Positions 9,668-20,006 are shown, counted from the stretch's first letter. The stretch is 64,000 nucleotides of DNA from Candidatus Aminicenantes bacterium (GCA_963702005.1 OY969696.1:1856001-1920000), one strand, 5' to 3'. Notes: generated by a model not told the origin, from the letters alone. Translations and numbers: made by a program.

Positions 9668-10984
9668 ATGAACAAAGTTGCCATCGGCATCCGCAGGGAA
9701 GACATCAACAAGTGGGAGAGACGGGCGCCCCTGATCCCATCCCACGTCCGTGAGCTCATCCGGGATCATGGGCTCGAGGTCTACCTCCAGCCTTCGACCA
9801 TCCGGGTGTTCCCCGACACCGATTACGCCCTGGAGGGGGCCCGGGTCAAGGAGGATATCTGCCCATCAAGGACCGTTTTCGCCATCAAGGAGATTCCCAT
9901 CGAGAGCCTGGCGAAAGACAAGGTCTACGTCTTCTTCTCGCATACGGCCAAAGGTCAGTCCCATAACATGCCCATGCTCAAGCGGATGATGGAGCTCGGC
10001 TGTTCCATCATTGATTACGAGAAGATCGTCAACGAAAAGGGCCAGCGGATCCTGTTCTTCGGGAGCTACGCCGGCCAGGCCGGAATGATCGACTCCCTCT
10101 GGGCCTTGGGGCGCAGGCTGCAGCTCGAGGGCGTCGAGACGCCCTTCCTCCGCCTGGAGCAGACGATCCGCTACAAAAGCCTCGTCGAGGCCAGGGAAGA
10201 GGTCGCCGAGGTCGGCCGCCTCATCCACAAGAAAGGCCTGCCGCCCCGGCTGGTCCCGTTTGTATGCGGATTCCTGGGCTATGGCCATGTCTCCCAGGGG
10301 GCTCAGGATATCTTCGACCTCATTCCCCACGACACGGTCTCGCCCAAGGACCTCGCGGGCCTCTTCCGGAAGGCGGGACCTCCCGCCCGCGGGCTCTACA
10401 AGGTCGTCTTCAAGGAAGAGGACATGGTCCGGCCCGCAGCTCCCGGCGGGACCTTCGATCTTCAGGACTATTACCGCGAGCCCGGGAAGTACGTCCCGAT
10501 CGTGGAAAGCTATGTCCCCTATCTCAGCCTGCTCATCAACGGCATCTACTGGACGTCGAAGTACCCCAAGTACATCACCAAGCCTTTCCTCGCAAAACTC
10601 TACGGCGGGGACGTCCCGCCCCGGCTGAAGGTCATCGGGGATATAACCTGCGACATCGACGGCTCTGTGGAATGCACCATCCAGGCCACGGATTCCGAAG
10701 AGCCGGTCTACGTCTATGACCCCGCGAAAGACGCCGCTGTGATCGGCATCGAGGGCAAGGGGCCGGTCGTCATGGCGGTCTACAACCTGCCCGCTGAACT
10801 GCCGCTTGAATCCTCTTCCTTTTTCAGCGGAGGCCTCAAGAAGTACGTCCCGGCCATCGCTGCGGCGGATTTCCGGGTTCCGTTCGACAAGTGCGAGCTC
10901 CCGCCGGAGGTCCGCAAGGCCGTCATCCTCTACCGCGGCGAGCTCACGCCCGATTATAAATATCTTTCGGAATACCTCTCGTAA
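9668..10984 (+). CDS. Lysine-ketoglutarate reductase / saccharopine dehydrogenase (lysine-forming type, AlaDH/PNT fold)
   Basis: IGIRREDINKWERRAPLIP, FFSHTAKGQ, IDYEKI, GxGHVSQGA, INGIYW, DITCD and NLPAELP. Confidence 0.9.
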   Translation: MNKVAIGIRREDINKWERRAPLIPSHVRELIRDHGLEVYLQPSTIRVFPDTDYALEGARVKEDICPSRTVFAIKEIPIESLAKDKVYVFFSHTAKGQSHNMPMLKRMMELGCSIIDYEKIVNEKGQRILFFGSYAGQAGMIDSLWALGRRLQLEGVETPFLRLEQTIRYKSLVEAREEVAEVGRLIHKKGLPPRLVPFVCGFLGYGHVSQGAQDIFDLIPHDTVSPKDLAGLFRKAGPPARGLYKVVFKEEDMVRPAAPGGTFDLQDYYREPGKYVPIVESYVPYLSLLINGIYWTSKYPKYITKPFLAKLYGGDVPPRLKVIGDITCDIDGSVECTIQATDSEEPVYVYDPAKDAAVIGIEGKGPVVMAVYNLPAELPLESSSFFSGGLKKYVPAIAAADFRVPFDKCELPPEVRKAVILYRGELTPDYKYLSEYLS

Positions 10985-11008
10985 CCCGGAGCGGAAAGGG
11001 AGACCGTC

Positions 11009-12325
11009 ATGAAGAAGGTATTCGTCGCCGGAGCGGGCCTCGTCGTCAAGCCCCTGGTCGGGTACCTCCTCGAACAGCCCGGCTTCCAGGTCGAGGTCGC
11101 CGACGTCGAGCCCGACAAGGCGGCCCGAATCGTCGCGGGACACCCGCGCGGGATCGCGGTCACTCTGGACATCCAGGACGCGGCCGCCCTGCGGATGCGG
11201 ATCGCCGAGGCCGACCTCGTCGTCAGCATGGTCCCCTACACGTTCCACCCGGTCCTCGGAAGGATCGCGATTGACCTGGGTAAGCCCATGGTCACGGCGT
11301 CCTACGTCAGCCCGGCCATGAAGGCCCTCGACGAGGATGCTAAAAGAAACGGCGTCATCCTCCTGAACGAGCTCGGCCTCGACCCCGGCATCGACCACAT
11401 GGAGGCGATGCGCATCATTCGGCGGATCAAGGGCGAGGGGGGAGAGGTCCAGGGATTCGTCTCCTGGTGCGGAGGGTTCCCGGCCCCCGAGGCGAACACC
11501 AATCCCTTCGGCTACAAGTTCTCCTGGAGCCCCAAGGGCGTCCTGCTGGCGGGCAAGAACTCCGCCCGGTACCTCGAGGACGGACGCGTCGTTTTCATCT
11601 CTGCCGAGGAGCTGTTCGAGAGCTTCCGGACCGTCACGATACCCGGCTGCGGGGACTTCGAGGCCTATCCCAACCGCGACTCCGTGCCCTACGCGGAAGC
11701 CTACGGCATCCCGGAGGCGAAGACCATGCTCAGGGGCACCCTGAGGTATCCCGGCTGGTGCCCGACGATGAAGAAGATCGGGGATCTGGGCCTTCTCGAC
11801 CAGAAGGAACGTGACCTCTCCGGAAAGACCTACGCCGGTCTCGTCCGCGAGCTCGCCCAGGCCGGCCCGGGCAGGGAACTCAGAAATGCCCTCGGCCGGG
11901 CCCTTGGCCTCGCCCCGGATTCGGCGGTGCTCGGGCGGTTGGAATGGCTCGGGCTCCTCGAGGAGAGGCCCATCCCGGCCGGCGCCGGCACGCCCCTCGA
12001 CGCCTTGGCCGCCCTGATGATCGAGAAGCTCCGTTACGAAGAAGGCGAGAGGGACATGATCGTCCTCCGGCACGAGTTCCAGACCGCCTGGCCGAACGGC
12101 TCGACCGAGAAGATTGTCTCGACCATGATCGACTACGGTATCCCCCACGGGGATTCCTCGATGTCGCGAGCCGTGGGGCTTCCCGCAGCCATTGGCGCCC
12201 GGCTCATCCTTGAGGGGAAGATCCTCAAAACCGGAGTCCAGACGCCCCTTGATCCCACGATCTACGAGCCGATCCTCGAAGAGCTCTCCCGTCACGGCGT
12301 CGTGTTCCGAGAAGAACGGCTCTAG
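11009..12325 (+). CDS. Saccharopine dehydrogenase (glutamate-forming, Lys9-like)
   Basis: GAGLV Rossmann motif, VTASYVS, NELGLDPGIDHM, SWCGGFP, YKFSWSP, EAYPNRDS and RGTLRY. Confidence 0.92.
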   Translation: MKKVFVAGAGLVVKPLVGYLLEQPGFQVEVADVEPDKAARIVAGHPRGIAVTLDIQDAAALRMRIAEADLVVSMVPYTFHPVLGRIAIDLGKPMVTASYVSPAMKALDEDAKRNGVILLNELGLDPGIDHMEAMRIIRRIKGEGGEVQGFVSWCGGFPAPEANTNPFGYKFSWSPKGVLLAGKNSARYLEDGRVVFISAEELFESFRTVTIPGCGDFEAYPNRDSVPYAEAYGIPEAKTMLRGTLRYPGWCPTMKKIGDLGLLDQKERDLSGKTYAGLVRELAQAGPGRELRNALGRALGLAPDSAVLGRLEWLGLLEERPIPAGAGTPLDALAALMIEKLRYEEGERDMIVLRHEFQTAWPNGSTEKIVSTMIDYGIPHGDSSMSRAVGLPAAIGARLILEGKILKTGVQTPLDPTIYEPILEELSRHGVVFREERL

Positions 12326-12375
12326 ATGAAAGCCTGATCAGCCGCTGAGGCTCTTTGGCCCGGCCCCGCGGATCC

Positions 12376-14751
12376 TTATCGTTTCCTGGTCCTGGCCTCC
12401 AGGGCTTGGCCTTTTCCCAGCTCCGCCCGATACTCGGACAGACGCCCCAGGCGGTTGTAGATATCGGCCAGGACATAATGACCCAAGGGAGCCGATTCCG
12501 CCTCGGGCTCCAATTCCAGCCCCTTCCGGGCGAGGCTAATGGCTTCGTCGAAGTTCTCGTTCCGGTCGAGATAGGCCTTGGCCAGGAAGAGGTATCCGCG
12601 CGCGAATTGAGGATTGGCCTTGACGGCTTCTTTGAAATGCTCGAATTCACCCTGCCGGTCGCCGGTCCTGCCGCAGACGAGCGCCAAGTTGAAATGGGCC
12701 AGGGAGGCGGCGGGATGGATCTCGATCTCTTTCCGGTATTCATCCGCGGCTCGTTGGAGATCGCCTTTCTCCTCATACAGAAGACCCAGGTTGAAGTGGG
12801 CGTCCGGTATCTGTGGCCGCATCTCGAGCGACCTCCGGATCTCCCGTTCCGCCGGCTCGAGCATCTTCTTCTCAAGATAGGCGGAGCCCAGGAGATTATG
12901 GGCGACGGCGCTGTGTTCCGGGTCCGTAGCGATCGCCTTCTCGAGATGGGAGATGGCCGCGTCGAAATCCCGGACGTCCAGAGCGATCTCACCGAGGTTG
13001 ACATAGGGCTTCGGGTCCTTCGGATCGAGCTCGATGATGCGCCGGAAGCCGGCGGCCGCTTCGTCCGGCTTCTTGAGTTTCCTGAAGGCTTGGGCCATGG
13101 TGAAGATCGCCGCTTCGTAGTCGGGGTCGATCTCCAGGGCCGCCCGGCATTCCTCGACCGCTTCTTCAGGGCGATCGAGCTCCATGTAGATCTGACCCCG
13201 GACCTGGCGGGCCTCCATGATCCCGGGGTCCTCATCGATGACCTCGCCGATATTCTTTAAGGCATCGTCGTATTCGCGGTCGGCCGAAGCCCCCTCGGCC
13301 TGTTTGATCTTGTTGTAGAGGTGGATCTTGTCCTTGGGGTCGGCGAGGTCGGCGGAGCGGCCGAGTCTCGCGCTCGATGTGAACCCGCCGACGTAGCCCA
13401 AGGCCTTCAGTTTCTCCAAGGTATCATTATCCGGTTGCCGGGGGGCTTTCGATTCGTCCCCTTGAACCGGCGAACGCTCCTGGATCCTCTTCATCTCTTT
13501 GATGAACTTCTCCGCCTGGGGGCCGTTTTGCCCGTAGATATTGGCCCTTTCCATGGGGTCCCGGACGATGTCGTAAAGCTCGGGCCGCGGCGCCTGGATG
13601 TATTGGTACCGGACGGTCCGGAGGCTCTTGAGCTCGCTCCACCCATAATGGTATCGAGGGTAATAGCTTTCGCTATAGGCCATCTTTTCGGTTTCGGACC
13701 GGCCGCCGGCCAAGAGGGAGGCCAGGCTTCTTCCCTGGACCTCCTTGGGAACGGCGATCCCGAGGAGGTCGAGGAGCGTGGGCATAATGTCCACGTTCTC
13801 CACCTGGGCATCGATGATCTTCGCCTTCAAATTCGATGCGGGGAGCTTGAGGATCAAGGGGACGGAGACGGTGGAATCGTAAATGTAAAAAGCGTGTGAA
13901 CTCTCCCCGTGTTCCCCCAGGCTTTCCCCGTGATCGGCCGCGATGACGATGATGGTCTTGTCCAGGACCCCCCTTTCCCGGAGGCTTTCCAGGACCTTAC
14001 CGATGAGCGAATCCACATAAGCGATCTCGCCGTCGTAGAGCCCCCAGGGCCGCGCCGCATACTCGCTCTTGTAGGGCTCGGGCGGATCGTAAGGGGTATG
14101 GGGGTCGTAGAAGTGGATCCAGCTGAAGAAGCGGCGGTCCCCGTTCGTTTTGAACCAATCGAAAAAGGCTTTGATGACCTCGCCCCCTTTACGCTGGACG
14201 GAATCGAGGCTTATCTTCTTGTACTTGGCGAAATCGAAATTGTCATAGTAGTAATCGAAACCCTGGTCGAGCCCCCAGCGGGAATCGAGGACGAAGGCGC
14301 CGACGAACGCGCTCGTCGCCCAGCCTTTTTGCTTCAGGAGTTCGGCCAGAGTGACTTTTTCCGGCCCCAGGTAGAAACCGCCGTTGTCCCTGACACCGTG
14401 AACGAACGGATAGGTCCCCGTGAAGATCGAGGAATGCGATGGCAGGGTCAAGGGGGCCTGGGCCGTCGCGTTCTTGAAAAGGACTCCATCCGCGGCCAGC
14501 CCGTCGATATTCGGCGTCCGAACGTTCGGGTAGCCGTAACATCCGAGGTGGTCGGCCCGGGTCGTGTCCAGGGTGAAGAGGAGGACGTTCATCTCCGAGA
14601 ACGTCCCGAGTCCTTTCTTGAAAAAGCCCTTGTTCAGCCCGAGATAGATCAGAAAACCGAGGGTGGCAATGCTTGCCGCCCAGAGAATGATGCGGCCCGC
14701 GGAAGGCCCATCGCCGGCTGAGGCCCTTTCATGATCGCGCTTGGCGGACAT
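12376..14751 (-). CDS. Membrane-anchored sulfatase-like (alkaline phosphatase superfamily) hydrolase with C-terminal TPR repeats
   Basis: N-terminal TM helix, LDTTRADHLGCYG, PLTLPSHSSIFTG (Thr instead of CxPxR), HFYDPH, ADHGE, and a TPR array in the C-terminal part. Confidence 0.88.
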   Translation of the reverse strand: MSAKRDHERASAGDGPSAGRIILWAASIATLGFLIYLGLNKGFFKKGLGTFSEMNVLLFTLDTTRADHLGCYGYPNVRTPNIDGLAADGVLFKNATAQAPLTLPSHSSIFTGTYPFVHGVRDNGGFYLGPEKVTLAELLKQKGWATSAFVGAFVLDSRWGLDQGFDYYYDNFDFAKYKKISLDSVQRKGGEVIKAFFDWFKTNGDRRFFSWIHFYDPHTPYDPPEPYKSEYAARPWGLYDGEIAYVDSLIGKVLESLRERGVLDKTIIVIAADHGESLGEHGESSHAFYIYDSTVSVPLILKLPASNLKAKIIDAQVENVDIMPTLLDLLGIAVPKEVQGRSLASLLAGGRSETEKMAYSESYYPRYHYGWSELKSLRTVRYQYIQAPRPELYDIVRDPMERANIYGQNGPQAEKFIKEMKRIQERSPVQGDESKAPRQPDNDTLEKLKALGYVGGFTSSARLGRSADLADPKDKIHLYNKIKQAEGASADREYDDALKNIGEVIDEDPGIMEARQVRGQIYMELDRPEEAVEECRAALEIDPDYEAAIFTMAQAFRKLKKPDEAAAGFRRIIELDPKDPKPYVNLGEIALDVRDFDAAISHLEKAIATDPEHSAVAHNLLGSAYLEKKMLEPAEREIRRSLEMRPQIPDAHFNLGLLYEEKGDLQRAADEYRKEIEIHPAASLAHFNLALVCGRTGDRQGEFEHFKEAVKANPQFARGYLFLAKAYLDRNENFDEAISLARKGLELEPEAESAPLGHYVLADIYNRLGRLSEYRAELGKGQALEARTRKR

Positions 14752-14783
14752 TGCGATAAATCTCCTATCTTATCCATATCGGT

Positions 14784-14813
14784 ACTATATCTTCGGCCTG
14801 TTGGCCCTGTCAA
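14784..14813 (-). promoter_or_regulatory. Sigma70-type promoter for the sulfatase-TPR gene
   Basis: Minus-strand TTGACA (14813-14808), 18-nt spacer, TATAGT (14789-14784). Confidence 0.55.
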
Positions 14814-14918
14814 TCGCGGCGAAAAGCCGCGAAATGATTGCCTGTGGAAATCTGCGGAACTATCCCTGGCTTGAATTTCTTAGAATGAGCGGATAAAATA
14901 TTTGCTAAAGGCAGAACG

Positions 14919-16988
14919 GTGAAAAAAGCGATTTTTTCCATCTTGGCCATTAGTTTTTTATTTTCCCAGGCTCGGGTTCAGGCTGAGACTGCGGCCCAAG
15001 GCTCTCTCCCGGATAGATATAAAAAATGGCTGACCGAGGAGGCGGTTTACATTATCACTCCCCGGGAACGGGAAGTATTTCTGAAGCTCGCAACGGACCG
15101 TGAGCGCGACCTTTTTTCAGAAGCTTTCTGGAAGCACAGGAACCCGACACCCGGTGCGGCCGAGAACAGCTTCAAAACCGAGCATTACCGCAGGCTGAAT
15201 TACGCGAATACTTATTACGGACGGTCTTCTCCAAAGCCTGGCTGGCAGACGGACAGGGGGCGGACCTACATCATTTTGGGGGAACCCCGGCATATCGAGA
15301 GGTTCACGGGGGAGTCCGAGATCTATAACACCGAGGTCTGGTTTTATCAGGGTTTGACACAACTCGGCCTGCCTCCTGGCTTTAACCTCATGTTCTTCCA
15401 GAAGGGGGGAACGGGCGATTATGTCCTTTACAGCCCCGTCAATGATGGTCCCCAAGCGCTCCTGCCCGCGTATTTTGGCGACCGGGCGAACTCCGTCCAG
15501 GCTTACAAACAATTGAAACAAATTCAACCGAACTTAGCCAACGTGGCGATGTCGCTCATCCCCGAGGAATCATCTCCCTTCGGCCAGCCTTCCCTGGCCT
15601 CGGAAATCCTGATCCAAAATATCTATAGCGTCCCGCAGCGGCAGTTCAATGATACCTATGCCGAGAAGCTTTTGTTGTACAAGGATATCGTCGAAGTGGA
15701 CTATTCGGCCAATTACATCGATAGTGATTCCCTGGTTGCCGTGGTGAAAGACCCCTCAGGCCTGTATTTTGTCAACTATCTTCTGGAGTTGAAGAAGCTT
15801 TCTATCGCCGGCGATAGCGATACCTATTCCACCCAGCTTATCGTCAACGGAAATGTCACCAATCCAAAGGGGGAGTCGATTTTCCAGTTCGAGAACTCGA
15901 TCCCTTTGAAGCTTACGGAAGACGAACGCAAAAAAGTGACCTACAACCCCTTCGACATCCAAGAGATGTTTCCGCTCATTCCCGGCCAGTACCGGTTGTC
16001 CATCCTCCTGAAGAATGAGGTCTCCAAGGAATTCACTTCGATGGAGAAAGCGATCACCATTCCCGAGGTGGAATCCGTGCCCAGGATCGGACCTCTCCTT
16101 CTGGGATTCCGGACGACTTGCGACGTCCCGGGGACGGAGAAGGCCGCTATGCTCGCTCCCTTCAAGTTCGGGACTCAGCGCGTCTATTGCCAGCCGCGGG
16201 CCATGTTCCTCACCACGGATAAAATGTTCCTGGCCTTTCAGGCTCTGGGGCTGACTCCCGAGTTCAGGCAGAGAGGGCAGCTCAAATACGAAATATTCAA
16301 GGGAGAGGAGCCGGTCTTTTCGGCTGAAAAGAAGCTCTCCGACTATCCGGACACACTCAGCTGCGTCGAAGAATTTTCCATGGAAAAATATCCCCCCGCG
16401 GACTACAAGATCCGGGTCAGCCTCATGGACGGTCCTGATGTCCTGGGCGTGGGTGAAGAAAGGTTTGAAGTGACTTCAGTGGCGAGCTTTCCGCGACCCT
16501 GGAATTATTCCCGTTCGTTGGCTGCGCCCAAGGAATCCATTTATCCGCTCATGCTGGGCACGCAGTACCTCAACGCCGGAGAAAAAGCGAAGGCGCGGGC
16601 TCAGTTCGAGAAGGTCTATCAAAATCCGCCGGCGTCGCTCCTATACGCCATGAACCTGGCCCGCGGATTTTTCGAGCTTGGGGATTTTCCGAAGACCGTC
16701 AAGCTTTTAGCACCCTTTTCGGAAGTGGCCGATAAACACTACGAGGTCTTTTTCATGCTCGGGCGGTCCTATCAGGCGCTCGGGGATTGCGGCCAGGCTT
16801 TGGCCTTCTACCAGAAGGCGCTTTCTCATTTTGGGGCGAATGTCCCGCTTCTCAACAGCTTGGGAGAATGTCATCTGAAACTCGGACAAAAGGAAGAGGC
16901 TATCTCCGCCTGGAAAAAATCGCTGGAGTTGAATCCTCGACAACCGGAGCTCAAGGCCAAGATGGATGCCTTGCACTCCCGACTATAA
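14919..16988 (+). CDS. Secreted GWxTD-domain protein with C-terminal TPRs
   Basis: Signal peptide, YKKWLTEEAVYII, FWKHRNPTP, EHYRR and GWQTDRGRTYIILGEP. TPR helices at the C-terminus. Confidence 0.9.
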   Translation: MKKAIFSILAISFLFSQARVQAETAAQGSLPDRYKKWLTEEAVYIITPREREVFLKLATDRERDLFSEAFWKHRNPTPGAAENSFKTEHYRRLNYANTYYGRSSPKPGWQTDRGRTYIILGEPRHIERFTGESEIYNTEVWFYQGLTQLGLPPGFNLMFFQKGGTGDYVLYSPVNDGPQALLPAYFGDRANSVQAYKQLKQIQPNLANVAMSLIPEESSPFGQPSLASEILIQNIYSVPQRQFNDTYAEKLLLYKDIVEVDYSANYIDSDSLVAVVKDPSGLYFVNYLLELKKLSIAGDSDTYSTQLIVNGNVTNPKGESIFQFENSIPLKLTEDERKKVTYNPFDIQEMFPLIPGQYRLSILLKNEVSKEFTSMEKAITIPEVESVPRIGPLLLGFRTTCDVPGTEKAAMLAPFKFGTQRVYCQPRAMFLTTDKMFLAFQALGLTPEFRQRGQLKYEIFKGEEPVFSAEKKLSDYPDTLSCVEEFSMEKYPPADYKIRVSLMDGPDVLGVGEERFEVTSVASFPRPWNYSRSLAAPKESIYPLMLGTQYLNAGEKAKARAQFEKVYQNPPASLLYAMNLARGFFELGDFPKTVKLLAPFSEVADKHYEVFFMLGRSYQALGDCGQALAFYQKALSHFGANVPLLNSLGECHLKLGQKEEAISAWKKSLELNPRQPELKAKMDALHSRL

Positions 16989-17059
16989 TTATCGACTATC
17001 GTTAAGGCCCGGAACCGATGACCGTTGGGGCGGAAAATCTTCCCGGGCGGGGGATTGCG

Positions 17060-18850
17060 TCACTTGCCGATCCAACCCTGGTAAATCATCTCCTGATCCG
17101 GGCTCGGGCTCGGAAGCCTCTTGATGCGGTATCCGGGATCTATTTTTTTGGCCAGGACGACCGAGACCTCTTTTTCCTCGCCACCCCGGGAGAAGCGGAC
17201 GACGACCGTATCCCCGGGCTTTTTGGAATCGATGATCTTCTTCATGGCCGCGGCATCGACCGTGACGCCGTCCAGAGCTAATATCACGTCCCGGGGAGCG
17301 ATGCCCGCGAGCCCCGCCGCGGAATGACCACCCGCACTCCAGACGAAAAGCTTGCCGTCCCGCTCCCGGACCGTCGCTCCCAGGTCGGCCTCGTCGAGTT
17401 CCTTGGGCAACTCGACCTCCAACCCGGCATAGCCGAGGTATTTGGGATAATCGACGGCCTTGGTCGTATCGGCGTATTCAAAGATTTCGCCCAGGGGTGC
17501 GCCGGCGATGCGTTCGCAAACTTCCTGGAATTCCGCATCTGAAAATCCGCGGCCTTTCTCCTTGTAGTATTCTTGATAAAGAGTCCTCATCACGTCGTCG
17601 AGAGACTTGGCGCCTTTCGTTTCCTGCCGGATCTTGAGGTCCAGGAGGAACGCGATGCCCGCCCCTTTATCATAGTAGGAAATCGATTTCTCGGGATCGC
17701 CTCCGAACGGGCCCTGGTCCCAGGATTCGTAGCTCGACTGCGCCGCGGACTGGACGAGACGGCCCGGCCTGTTCTCGTAGCCGGCGATCGGCGAACCCAC
17801 GGACTCGAGCATCTCGGGGGCGGTCATGAAACCCGCGCGCCTGAGAATCATGAATTCGTAATAGACCGTGAACCCCTCGGACATCCAGAGCAGGCGCGTT
17901 CGGTTGGATCTGTCGTAATCGAAGGGCCCCAGCTCGACGGGACGGATTCTCTTGACGTTATAGAGGTGAAAGTACTCGTGGGCCAGGAACGCCAGCGTGC
18001 CCCGCTTGTCCCGGGCCGAATATCCGCCGAGTCCGTCGAGGCTGACGGCCTGGGAATTCATGTGCTCGATGCCTCCCCGGCCGGGGCCCACCGCCAGAAA
18101 CGTGTAGTGCTTATAGGGGATTTCGCCGATGATCGACACGGCCGCTTCGACGACGCGCTTCAGGTCGGACGTGAATTCCGCCCGGTTGAAATCCCCCAAA
18201 TTCCAGCCGACGAAACTATGCGGGACTCCCCGGACTTCGAAGGACAGCGTCTCAAGGTTGCCGACGAGTATCGGGCAGTCATAGAGGACGTCGAAGTCGG
18301 GGGCGGCGAAGGTGTTGGGCGTTCCGGGAACCGGATCGAGCCCGGTGGCGACGTCCTTCCATTTTTTATAGGGTTTCACCATAACCGTCACCGGATGCTT
18401 GATTTGTCCGGCGGCGTGCATGAAAACGCCGACCGGAGCGATATAGGCGCGATTTTCATCCAAATAGCTCTGGACGATGAACTGGACGGTCGCCTTCACG
18501 TCGTAGGAAACCGTCAGGGGCGACACGTTCCCAGTCTGGATCCGCCAGCAGTTGGCCGCGGTCTTTTCCCACTTCAGCGGATTCCCCGATCCGTCGACGG
18601 CCCTGAAATCCTGGACGTTTCCGGCATAATCGATAATTCCATAATAGCCCGGCATCCAGACCGGCATCTTGAAATCCTGCGTCTCACCCTTCAATCCTTC
18701 GCAGCGAAGGACGATGTGGAACAGGTGCGAAGCCGGTTCGTTCATGGAGACCGTGAAGGCCATGGTGCCGTCCGGAGGCGCGGCGAAGGCTAAGGCGGCT
18801 ACGACGAGCCATATCATTATGAACGCGAATGCCCTGGGCCGAGTTTTCAT
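17060..18850 (-). CDS. M61 glycyl aminopeptidase with PDZ domain, secreted
   Basis: Signal peptide, MPVWMPGYY, GGIEH, AHEYFHLYNVKRIRP, WMSEGFTVYY, SYYDKG and a C-terminal PDZ. Confidence 0.92.
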   Translation of the reverse strand: MKTRPRAFAFIMIWLVVAALAFAAPPDGTMAFTVSMNEPASHLFHIVLRCEGLKGETQDFKMPVWMPGYYGIIDYAGNVQDFRAVDGSGNPLKWEKTAANCWRIQTGNVSPLTVSYDVKATVQFIVQSYLDENRAYIAPVGVFMHAAGQIKHPVTVMVKPYKKWKDVATGLDPVPGTPNTFAAPDFDVLYDCPILVGNLETLSFEVRGVPHSFVGWNLGDFNRAEFTSDLKRVVEAAVSIIGEIPYKHYTFLAVGPGRGGIEHMNSQAVSLDGLGGYSARDKRGTLAFLAHEYFHLYNVKRIRPVELGPFDYDRSNRTRLLWMSEGFTVYYEFMILRRAGFMTAPEMLESVGSPIAGYENRPGRLVQSAAQSSYESWDQGPFGGDPEKSISYYDKGAGIAFLLDLKIRQETKGAKSLDDVMRTLYQEYYKEKGRGFSDAEFQEVCERIAGAPLGEIFEYADTTKAVDYPKYLGYAGLEVELPKELDEADLGATVRERDGKLFVWSAGGHSAAGLAGIAPRDVILALDGVTVDAAAMKKIIDSKKPGDTVVVRFSRGGEEKEVSVVLAKKIDPGYRIKRLPSPSPDQEMIYQGWIGK

Positions 18851-19088
18851 TCCATAGTCTCCTTTGCGTTAACCTTAACTCATCGGCACACGCCATTATA
18901 ATCCTTTCTTCCGCCACCCCTATGTTTTTTTGTGCTCCCCCATGACGACCGTGCCTGCCGGACGAGGCGCGTTATGAGCCGTCGCGCTTGATGCCCATGG
19001 GCCCTGAACGCCGAAGGCAGTTTGTCCGGAATTCCATTCTTCACCCGGCCCGGCAAATCTGGTATCATAGCCCGGGCGAATAACGACC

Positions 19089-20006
19089 ATGAGCGCGATC
19101 ATTACCGCCAAAGACCTCGTCAAGAAGTACGGCGATTTAACGGCCGTGGACGGGATTGCCTTCGAGATCGAAGAAGGGGAGTGCTTCGGCTTCCTGGGGC
19201 CGAACGGCGCCGGCAAGACCTCGACGATCAAGATGATCCACTGCGTCTCGCCGGTCACGGCCGGATCGCTCACGGTCGCGGGCCTCCCCGCCCATATCGA
19301 CAACCGCGTCATTAAAAAGATGACCGGCGTCATCCCCCAGGAGATCACCCTCGACAACGACCTGACCGTTTACGAGAACCTCATCGTCTTTTCGAAGTTC
19401 TTCGACATCCCCCGCCGCGAGGCCAAGGTCCGGATCGCGGAGCACATCAAGTTCGTCGAGCTCGAAGCCAAGCGGAACAGCCGGATCAGCCAGCTCTCGA
19501 CGGGCATGAAGCGCCGGCTTCTCATCGCACGCGCCCTGCTCAACAATCCTAGGCTCATCATCGCCGACGAGCCGACCACCGGCCTCGACCCCCAAGCGCG
19601 CCACCTCATCTGGCAGAGATTGCGCCAGCTCAAGGCCCAGGGCGTGACTCTGATCCTGACGACCCAGTACATGGAGGAAGCCCAACAGCTCTGTGACCGG
19701 ATCGTGATCATGCATCAAGGGAAGATCCTCAAGGAAGGCCTTCCGGGCCGGATGATCGAGGATGAGATCGGACGCGAGGTCGCCGAAGTCCGGATTCCGG
19801 CCGAGGAGGACGCCCGCCTTATCGCCCAATTGGGCGAGCTGAGCTGCGGCCACGAGAGGGTCGGGGACACGTTGTTCTTCTACTGCAAGGACGGCCACGG
19901 CCTGCGGCACAAACTCAGCGAGCTCGACCTCCCCAACACGGTCCACCGGCCGGCCACCCTCGAGGACGTCTTTCTGAAACTCACCGGACGGAGCCTGATC
20001 GAATGA
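19089..20006 (+). CDS. ABC-2 exporter ATP-binding subunit (NodI/DrrA-like)
   Basis: Walker A GPNGAGKT, LSTGMKRR, DEPTTGLDP and TLEDVFLKLTG. Confidence 0.93.
   Translation: MSAIITAKDLVKKYGDLTAVDGIAFEIEEGECFGFLGPNGAGKTSTIKMIHCVSPVTAGSLTVAGLPAHIDNRVIKKMTGVIPQEITLDNDLTVYENLIVFSKFFDIPRREAKVRIAEHIKFVELEAKRNSRISQLSTGMKRRLLIARALLNNPRLIIADEPTTGLDPQARHLIWQRLRQLKAQGVTLILTTQYMEEAQQLCDRIVIMHQGKILKEGLPGRMIEDEIGREVAEVRIPAEEDARLIAQLGELSCGHERVGDTLFFYCKDGHGLRHKLSELDLPNTVHRPATLEDVFLKLTGRSLIE

Noticed and set aside
9866-12295. Long antisense or alternate-frame ORFs (809 aa here; also 360-1373, 17573-18793, 35420-36925, 42255-44063, 57697-59238 and others)
   Set aside because: Shadow ORFs of well-supported genes in high-GC DNA, with no recognisable motifs.
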